Source: a virus. From it: a stretch of DNA of 64,000 nucleotides. Both the position numbers and the translations under genes were made by a program. Below are positions 58,117 to 64,000 of the stretch, piece by piece. Numbering within the stretch: position 1 is the stretch's first letter; each line of letters begins with the position of its first letter. The stretch is from positions 1 to 64,000 of IMG/VR virus record IMGVR_UViG_3300042991_000131; one strand, written 5' to 3'. A model generated the notes under the pieces. That model was not told the origin of the DNA. It worked only from the letters and a program-made list of their open reading frames with translations, and did no database searches.

Positions 58117-58441
58117 GCGTGGTCCGGAACATATCATACAGGACGACATTATCTGTATGCTTAAAAATTATAACTGGTTCGTAAAAACATTAAGTAGCTC
58201 ACAGTTCCAGTCCGGCATGCCAGATTTATTTGCCTGCCATACACGTTATGGCATACGATTAATCGAAGTTAAATTACCGGGAATGGTAGGCAGCAAGTTC
58301 ACGTCTGCGCAGCTTGAGGACTTCCCGAAGCTAACTGCAAATGGCGCAGGTGTGTGGATACTCACAGCAGCCACAGAAGAAGAGTATAAGAAGTTATTTG
58401 AGAGATTTAACTGGTGGAAATATTTGGATATAATGAAATGA
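58085..58441 (+). CDS. VRR-NUC nuclease / Holliday junction resolvase
   Basis: E..IQ..I, GMPDL, IEVK, SAQ. Confidence 0.8.
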   Translation: MNMNPKIARSKRGPEHIIQDDIICMLKNYNWFVKTLSSSQFQSGMPDLFACHTRYGIRLIEVKLPGMVGSKFTSAQLEDFPKLTANGAGVWILTAATEEEYKKLFERFNWWKYLDIMK

Positions 58442-58965
58442 TCTGGAAGCAAATTCCCAGCCAGCCGACTATTGAAGCCAGTGAAGATGGTCAGATTAGA
58501 GACTTAGATACAAAAGTAACATTTATTACTTTTCTAGCTGGTGGGCACGACGGAAAAGGTTATAGAGCTTTCTGCTTATCAGGAAGTAGAGTAATGCTAT
58601 TTGTGCATAGATTAGTTTGTGAAGCCTTTCACGGCCCTAGTAGTCTTGACGCAGATCATGTCGATGAAAATAAAATGAATAATGCAGAATCAAATCTACA
58701 GTGGCTTACGCACGGCGCAAATAGCAGCAAAGCAAATAGACTACGTATACGCACAAGCCATGAAAAGATTAATCGAGGAAAAGCTCAGCGAGGCGAGAAT
58801 AATCCTATAGCGAGATTAACTGACGCAGATGTTATTGTTATTAAAAGGCAATTATTATTCGGTATAACGCACGCTGAAATAGCAAAAAGATTCAAAGTCG
58901 CCAAGTCTACAATAGGCAATATCAAACAAGGAAACAGCTGGAAATCTATAGGAGTAATGAAATGA
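58438..58965 (+). CDS. HNH homing endonuclease
   Basis: VHRLVCEAFHGP, DHVDENKMNN. Confidence 0.85.
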   Translation: MIWKQIPSQPTIEASEDGQIRDLDTKVTFITFLAGGHDGKGYRAFCLSGSRVMLFVHRLVCEAFHGPSSLDADHVDENKMNNAESNLQWLTHGANSSKANRLRIRTSHEKINRGKAQRGENNPIARLTDADVIVIKRQLLFGITHAEIAKRFKVAKSTIGNIKQGNSWKSIGVMK

Positions 58966-59144
58966 GCTACAGAGAACACAGTGTAGTACCTGCCTTTATA
59001 GCTATGCTAGTTATAGGATTCTTAATAGGTATACCTGTAGCTACCGCTGTTAACGATAACTACTGGAACAAGAAGCTAGTGAAAGAAGGCAAGTATTATT
59101 GGGTCGTAGACGAGAACGGCTACACGAATCTGGTTCCAAAATGA
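58962..59144 (+). CDS. small membrane protein
   Basis: One hydrophobic helix; ATGA coupling. Confidence 0.5.
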   Translation: MSYREHSVVPAFIAMLVIGFLIGIPVATAVNDNYWNKKLVKEGKYYWVVDENGYTNLVPK

Positions 59145-59311
59145 AGATTAAGTACGGAAACTATACGTACAAGATTAGCACGTATAAAGATATTGGTAGT
59201 GGTCTTGCAGAAGTTACTTTTGTCCGCAAACTAGCCAAGCGCACGATCATGGAGAAAACGATTGTGCGCGAGGCAGAAATAATGTTAGAAAGAAAGGCTA
59301 CGCCGCCATGA
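59141..59311 (+). CDS. hypothetical protein
   Basis: ATGA coupling at both ends. Confidence 0.5.
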   Translation: MKIKYGNYTYKISTYKDIGSGLAEVTFVRKLAKRTIMEKTIVREAEIMLERKATPP

Positions 59312-59775
59312 AACGATTAGGCATATTTGTTGACGTCAGTAATTTGTATTACTGCACTGAGAAGCAGTATCGGAAGAAGATTGATTATGCTAAGTATTTG
59401 GCCTTCTTGAACGATTTCGGAACAGCAAAATTCTCTATTGCCTATGCTGCTGTTATGGGTACACAAGCTGATGGCTTCCTGCATGCTCTAGCCGAGCTAG
59501 GTTTCCAGGTCAAGACCAGGACACCTAAGGAATATTCCATCCCTGGTGGCGGTGTTAAGCATAAGTGTGATTTCGATGTACAAATAGCATTGGATATGGT
59601 GCATATGCAATCACAAATGGATATGTGCATACTTGGTTCTGCTGACGGTGACTTGACACCAGCAGTCAAGTACCTGACGATACCAACGGTAATCTTTGCT
59701 TGCGGTATCAGTAACGAATTAGCCAAGTCGGCTAAGGCGGCCATCGAGATTCCACCTTCAATCCTTATAGGATAA
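59308..59775 (+). CDS. NYN domain (LabA/DUF88, PIN fold) ribonuclease-like protein
   Basis: IFVDVSNL, DVQIALDM, SADGDLTP, SNEL. Confidence 0.82.
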   Translation: MKRLGIFVDVSNLYYCTEKQYRKKIDYAKYLAFLNDFGTAKFSIAYAAVMGTQADGFLHALAELGFQVKTRTPKEYSIPGGGVKHKCDFDVQIALDMVHMQSQMDMCILGSADGDLTPAVKYLTIPTVIFACGISNELAKSAKAAIEIPPSILIG

Positions 59776-59777
59776 TC

Positions 59778-60176
59778 ATGATCATTATAGTCGCTTGCGG
59801 CGCATTAGCTTTAGGCTATATGTTTGGTACGATACATAATTATCCTAACGGAAAGAAGAGCGAAAAGCTTAATGCTGAAATTGTCGACAATATAATGCTC
59901 AAGGAACGCAACAAGGCTATGGCTAAGCGCGATGAGGCATTAGCTGAGAATGCGCGCCTGATAGTAGAGTCCGTGGTTATGGGCAACGAGCTTAAGGCAA
60001 TAGATGGGCCGTCTGGTTTCGGTAACTGTATGGCACTACAAGGATTAACACTAGTAGGTAAAGCTGGTAAATGTGTGCGTACGATACGCGAACTGCATTC
60101 TATCCTGCGTGATTATCCGAAGGGTCAGGATGATGGCACGTGGATTAAGCGTGTTGATGAGGCACTAAAATGCTGA
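59778..60176 (+). CDS. membrane-anchored coiled-coil protein
   Basis: N-terminal hydrophobic helix; AGGA SD. Confidence 0.5.
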   Translation: MIIIVACGALALGYMFGTIHNYPNGKKSEKLNAEIVDNIMLKERNKAMAKRDEALAENARLIVESVVMGNELKAIDGPSGFGNCMALQGLTLVGKAGKCVRTIRELHSILRDYPKGQDDGTWIKRVDEALKC

Positions 60177-60631
60177 TCTGGAAGCAGGTACCAAGCTATC
60201 CGTGGATTCTAGCAAGTAACACTGGCCTAGTTAGAAGTACAAAATCTGGTGTGCAATATAGCCAATGTGCTGACAAAAGAGGCTATCTAAGGATTTGTAC
60301 TTCTATAGATGGTTGCAATAAGTTGATCTTTGTTCACAGATTGGTATGTGAAGCCTTTCATGGCCCAAGTGATTTAACAGTAGAGCATAAAGATAAATGT
60401 ACCTCAAATAACAATGAGACAAATCTATGCTGGTTAAGTCTATTTAAGAACCAAAGTATATCTCACGCTGGTGAAAATAATCCGATGACTAATCTGACTA
60501 ATGCACAGGTCATGGAAATACGTCGTAAGCGATTCTTTGGTATTTCTTACAAGAATCTAATGAAAGAATATGACATAAGCAAAGATGTACTAGGCAACCT
60601 ATTAGCAAAGAGAACATGGAGCACCATCTAA
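60170..60631 (+). CDS. HNH homing endonuclease
   Basis: VHRLVCEAFHGP, EHKDKCTSNN. Confidence 0.8.
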   Translation: MLIWKQVPSYPWILASNTGLVRSTKSGVQYSQCADKRGYLRICTSIDGCNKLIFVHRLVCEAFHGPSDLTVEHKDKCTSNNNETNLCWLSLFKNQSISHAGENNPMTNLTNAQVMEIRRKRFFGISYKNLMKEYDISKDVLGNLLAKRTWSTI

Positions 60632-60840
60632 TGGCTTTAATCTTATATCCGATGATGATGCTAGATGATTCGATCTTGTGGCAGGTACTGAACAGCCAAG
60701 GCCGTGAGCTTTGGAGTCAGATGCTCCAGAAGGGCACTGATCCGATGCCATATGCTAAGACTTGCCTAAGTGGCGAGATAGTAGAATGCAAGGCTGATGA
60801 TCCCCGCGTGCTAGCAGCACAGGAAGCGAGCTTTACGTGA
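60631..60840 (+). CDS. hypothetical protein
   Basis: TAATG coupling. Confidence 0.45.
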   Translation: MALILYPMMMLDDSILWQVLNSQGRELWSQMLQKGTDPMPYAKTCLSGEIVECKADDPRVLAAQEASFT

Positions 60841-61523
60841 TTCTGGAGAAGAAAGAAGTCCCAACGATAGTACGCGTCGATAGAGCCTTCCTCGACTTAC
60901 ACGCGCCTAATCGCTATAAGCAGACGTACATTGCACCTGTGAAGAAGAAAAATATGCCTGACAAGTTGCGCGCATTCATGACGCAACCGCGCAGCACTAG
61001 GGAGATTACTGAGCATTTAGGTTGCTCGTATAGCTACGCTAAGTCGATACTGCAAGCTGCTGGTGCCAAGAATACTGTGCGTGGCACACCGCGTGCGCCC
61101 GGTATTTGGGCGTTACTGCTGCTACTGGCAACGGCATTGCATTCGTTAGAAAACGAGGTACCGTGTTGGGTGTTAGCCGGTATCATGGCGCAGGAGACTA
61201 GATCCAGCTACGCTATAGATGGTGACACGATTATTTATGTGGATCGACGTGTTGGTGCGGCAGGTGAACGTGGACCGTATCAGATGCGTCGTATAGCTTG
61301 GCAGCAGATTAAGCAGCCTGGCGAGAGGTTCGAGAATATTGCTACGGATATGCGCTATGCAGAACTGTGTGCAATGCGGTATCTGTTGTGGTTATATAAC
61401 AACTCGGCCAAAGGTTCCTGGCCACATGCGATCCAGTATTACAATGCAGGACCAGGTCGGCTGAACTACAAGTATTATGCTAACGTTGTTAACAAAGCTA
61501 GGAGGGCTGGGTATGTTGATTAA
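60837..61523 (+). CDS. lytic transglycosylase/lysozyme-fold protein with N-terminal HTH-like region
   Basis: AGIMAQET, GERGPYQM, AIQYYNAGP. Confidence 0.7.
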   Translation: MILEKKEVPTIVRVDRAFLDLHAPNRYKQTYIAPVKKKNMPDKLRAFMTQPRSTREITEHLGCSYSYAKSILQAAGAKNTVRGTPRAPGIWALLLLLATALHSLENEVPCWVLAGIMAQETRSSYAIDGDTIIYVDRRVGAAGERGPYQMRRIAWQQIKQPGERFENIATDMRYAELCAMRYLLWLYNNSAKGSWPHAIQYYNAGPGRLNYKYYANVVNKARRAGYVD

Positions 61524-61839
61524 GACAATCCAAATACCTGTATATGGCGGCAAGATTATTCTTGTTAAGGACAGGAAGCAATTCCACAGGTTGGCGCACA
61601 AATACAATAGAGAATGTGAACGCGATGACTACTGTTATGGTCGTTGTCTTGAGTTATCGCGTAAGGGCGTGACACATTATCTAGTTGGTGTATTTAATAA
61701 TGAGGATAGGACACTGGTACATGAGCTAGCCCATGCAACAATGTGGACACTGATCCGTGTCGGTATTAATCCGTCAGACTCAAACGGCGAGACATACTGC
61801 TATCTACTAGCACAACTATACGCGGAGGCTACAAAATGA
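61513..61839 (+). CDS. minimal zincin-like (HExxH) protein
   Basis: LVHELAHA and downstream ETYCY; GGAGG SD. Confidence 0.6.
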   Translation: MLIKTIQIPVYGGKIILVKDRKQFHRLAHKYNRECERDDYCYGRCLELSRKGVTHYLVGVFNNEDRTLVHELAHATMWTLIRVGINPSDSNGETYCYLLAQLYAEATK

Positions 61840-62273
61840 ATTGTACATTATGGTGCGCAAGCTATTTGCTTGGTATTGCTCCGTCTAAGTTAATCACAGA
61901 GATAGGACACTCCGGCGAAGAGATTCTTTGGCCGGAGTATACAGACTCGCGCAAGTATCGCGGCTACTCGATAGCAGAAGTGCAAGATTGTTTTTGGATG
62001 CGTCACCAACTCCTGGCGCCTATCTTTCTGTTCCCACGTATAGCGCCAGGCTTCGATGCTAAATCTATCCAGCTATGGTCTCATGAACGGGCAGGAAAAC
62101 GGCTCAACTATATGACAGCCGGCCGCAGGGCTATCGTACTTGGTCAGGTCGGAGACATAGGTCATGCAGTTGTATGGGACCAGGATCACTACGTCGATGT
62201 ACGCGGATTAGCCCCGAAAACAGAGATAGCGGACTTTAGTCCGCAAGAGGTATATATCGTATGCACATGCTAA
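61836..62273 (+). CDS. papain-like cysteine peptidase-fold protein (putative)
   Basis: N-terminal C...C.S.LLG and GHAVVWD. Confidence 0.4.
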   Translation: MNCTLWCASYLLGIAPSKLITEIGHSGEEILWPEYTDSRKYRGYSIAEVQDCFWMRHQLLAPIFLFPRIAPGFDAKSIQLWSHERAGKRLNYMTAGRRAIVLGQVGDIGHAVVWDQDHYVDVRGLAPKTEIADFSPQEVYIVCTC

Positions 62274-62500
62274 GTATGCGTAGTCTTAGTGAACGTATCA
62301 ACAAACTGACACCAGCACAACGTTGGATATATAATCTTCAGCGGCATAATCTGCGCGTCAAGTCATACCCGAAGGGTCCATATGTTGCCAGGCCGTGCAG
62401 CATATGTACGTTCAGGCACCTAGAACGCAACTGTATAATCTGCGGTCGTGATTATCTTGAGATACAATTAAAAAGATTACCATACGCGATGCAAGCGTAA
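62261..62500 (+). CDS. hypothetical protein with CxxC pairs
   Basis: CSIC and CIIC. Confidence 0.45.
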   Translation: MHMLSMRSLSERINKLTPAQRWIYNLQRHNLRVKSYPKGPYVARPCSICTFRHLERNCIICGRDYLEIQLKRLPYAMQA

Positions 62501-62635
62501 CTTGATTTGATTAGTGCGTGTGATACAGTCTATTGGCATGGCATGTGCTAGGGGCTTGACACGATAATTGGCACGCGGGGTGCTAGGGTCCGGCCAGCGG
62601 GACCATACAGAAGGCAGACCATGGCAAGCGACCCG

Positions 62636-62663
62636 TTGACACTATTCCCCGGCCCGTTAATGT
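62636..62663 (+). promoter_or_regulatory. sigma70-like promoter candidate for the early small genes
   Basis: TTGACA-16-TAATGT, between TGATTTGATTA sites at 62503 and 62700-62726. Confidence 0.4.
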
Positions 62664-62777
62664 CGGGGATCGCCAGCCGAAAGGGCAAACGCTAGCGAAT
62701 GATTTGATTAGTCCATAATCAAATCAAACCGGATGATCCAGCCTCGCGTAATCACCCCAACGCCGAAAGGCCAACGC

Positions 62778-62993
62778 ATGACCGCATATGCATCAATCAA
62801 CTTCAAGACGAAGAAGGCTCTCAAGGAGGCCGTCCAACGCGGTGAACGGATTACGGTCCGTTCAATCACACCCATGGGAACGAATCAGGTCACCAGCGGC
62901 AAGGAGGCCATCGCCGGTCCTTGGTATCCTGAACCGCACAAGTGGTACGCTCAGGTGGTAATTACGGACGGTAAGATCACGAGCGTCAAGTAA
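62778..62993 (+). CDS. small early protein
   Basis: ATG after GAAAGG; NFKTKKALKEAV...GPWYPEPHKWYA. Confidence 0.7.
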   Translation: MTAYASINFKTKKALKEAVQRGERITVRSITPMGTNQVTSGKEAIAGPWYPEPHKWYAQVVITDGKITSVK

Positions 62994-63042
62994 TCACGAG
63001 AACCCAGCTACTATAGTGGTAGCTGGGTTCAAGTGTCAACCC
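62991..63042 (+). repeat. intergenic hairpin element A
   Basis: TAATCACGA-14-bp stem with TAG loop-AAGTGTCAACCC. Confidence 0.85.
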
Positions 63043-63053
63043 AAGGAACCCTT

Positions 63054-63254
63054 ATGAACGCAGCCTCCTGTTTCTCAGTCCATGCAGGTAGCATGGGCGA
63101 CGGTGTCCCGCGCTGGATGGTACGCTCATCAATCCGCCAGGCCAAGACGCATGGCTGTAATCAGTTTCCGAGCGACGGACCACGTGGCAATCGGGCTGGT
63201 GTCGCCTACTGCTTCAAGTACCGGGCCGCGCCGGCTGAGTACAGGAAGGACTGA
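63054..63254 (+). CDS. hypothetical protein
   Basis: ATG after AAGGA. Confidence 0.55.
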   Translation: MNAASCFSVHAGSMGDGVPRWMVRSSIRQAKTHGCNQFPSDGPRGNRAGVAYCFKYRAAPAEYRKD

Positions 63255-63257
63255 GCC

Positions 63258-63473
63258 ATGCATGCCAACGACTTCATCACGAAGCGTGAAAAGCTGTGCA
63301 AGGCTCGGCATCGCGAGATAATCACGCAGGCTATATTCACCATGCAGATGCATCTGCTCTTTTGTGAGGCTCAGCTGAGCAAGGGCTGGGATGACGACGC
63401 CGAGAAAAGCGACGAGGTCTACGAGACCTGGGTCGACCAGCTTGAGGCAGAGATAGAGGCGCTGAGCAAATAA
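63258..63473 (+). CDS. hypothetical protein
   Basis: ATG after AAGGA. Confidence 0.55.
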   Translation: MHANDFITKREKLCKARHREIITQAIFTMQMHLLFCEAQLSKGWDDDAEKSDEVYETWVDQLEAEIEALSK

Positions 63474-63522
63474 CTTGTAGGCCAGGTCGGATTATCCGGC
63501 CTGGCCTTAAGTGTCGAACCCC
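63471..63522 (+). repeat. intergenic hairpin element B (variant)
   Basis: TAA-AGGCCAGGTCGGA TTA TCCGGCCTGGCCT-TAAGTGTCGAACCCC. Confidence 0.75.
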
Positions 63523-63542
63523 AAAGCCGAAAGGGCTTACCC

Positions 63543-63893
63543 ATGTTCATCCTCACCCGTTCCACCAATCGCCCTGGCCTGACCGATCCGGTCGGAGTCG
63601 GTGGCCCCGTCCAGCTGAGTTCCTTCCTCAATAAGCTGCGCCCGCGTGATCGCAGCGCGATAATCGCCCTGGAGCCTGGCCAGCGCGCTCCCGCGATCCT
63701 CTGCCCGTTCGATGGCGACATCGGCTTCCCGGTCGAGGTCTTCCGCTGCCCCGGTGGCAACGAGCATGACGCACACTTCAACGGTGCGCTCAAGGCTGCG
63801 CGTGAGGGTGTGCCTTCGCCACTCAATAATCTCACGATGCGTCAGGCCAGGATCGTGAACAGCGCCTTGAGTGTTGCAAGTATGAAGCACTAA
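63543..63893 (+). CDS. hypothetical protein
   Basis: ATG after GAAAGG; bounded by elements B and C. Confidence 0.6.
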   Translation: MFILTRSTNRPGLTDPVGVGGPVQLSSFLNKLRPRDRSAIIALEPGQRAPAILCPFDGDIGFPVEVFRCPGGNEHDAHFNGALKAAREGVPSPLNNLTMRQARIVNSALSVASMKH

Positions 63894-63942
63894 TCACGAG
63901 AAGCCAGGCATCGTAGTGGTGCCTGGCTTCAAGTGTCAACCC
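63891..63942 (+). repeat. intergenic hairpin element C
   Basis: Same flanks and length as element A, with a covarying stem. Confidence 0.85.
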
Positions 63943-63956
63943 TAATAAGGCACCAT

Positions 63957-64000
63957 ATGCTCACCCCACTCAATGCCAAGTACGCCAAAGCCAAGCAGCC
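63957..64000 (+). CDS. hypothetical protein, 3' partial
   Basis: ATG after TAAGG; runs off the window. Confidence 0.5.
   Translation, partial: MLTPLNAKYAKAKQ

Noticed and set aside
62991-63942. Integron attC sites
   Set aside because: No RYYYAAC/GTTRRRY ends and no tyrosine recombinase in the window.
63957-64000. Window as a complete circular genome
   Set aside because: The terminal ORF does not join frame +1 of the nuclease at base 1, so sequence is missing.

Overview
Most of a ~64+ kb dsDNA tailed-phage genome (siphovirus-like; no tail sheath seen), cut inside genes at both ends; the two ends do not join in frame. Order: partial PD-(D/E)XK nuclease; a repeat-dense non-coding region (1.2-2.7 kb); a GC-rich reverse-strand islet with a divergent ParB-like gene; a probable packaging/end region; a + strand virion operon (terminases, portal, three accessory virion genes, scaffold, P22-type capsid, neck, tail tube, frameshifted chaperone, tape measure, tail tip/fibres, spanin-like lipoprotein, GT9 glycosyltransferase; 4.9-36.9 kb); a - strand block (DEDD exonuclease, HNH, Dam-like MTase, dNMP kinase, primase-helicase; 37.0-43.1 kb); and a + strand replication/early block (ParB, structured RNA, tRNA-Thr, SNF2 helicase, dCMP deaminase, second ParB, intein-split ThyX, dual-frame C5-MTase, PolA, VRR-NUC, NYN, three HNHs, transglycosylase, small genes separated by covarying hairpins). 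No integrase, repressor, ParA, RT or CRISPR array was seen. Strongest leads: (1) three ParB-family proteins without ParA, plus several families of repeated palindromic sites and an apparent GATTA/TAATC excess; (2) a shared N-terminal ...LLAY leader on scaffold and capsid; (3) a covarying hairpin-plus-AAGTGTC element between early genes; (4) a structured intergenic RNA containing a copy of the 16S rRNA 790 loop; (5) a collinear ~157-bp element duplicated 42 kb apart. Protein calls come from motif recognition by eye and motif counts are manual; no searches were run.
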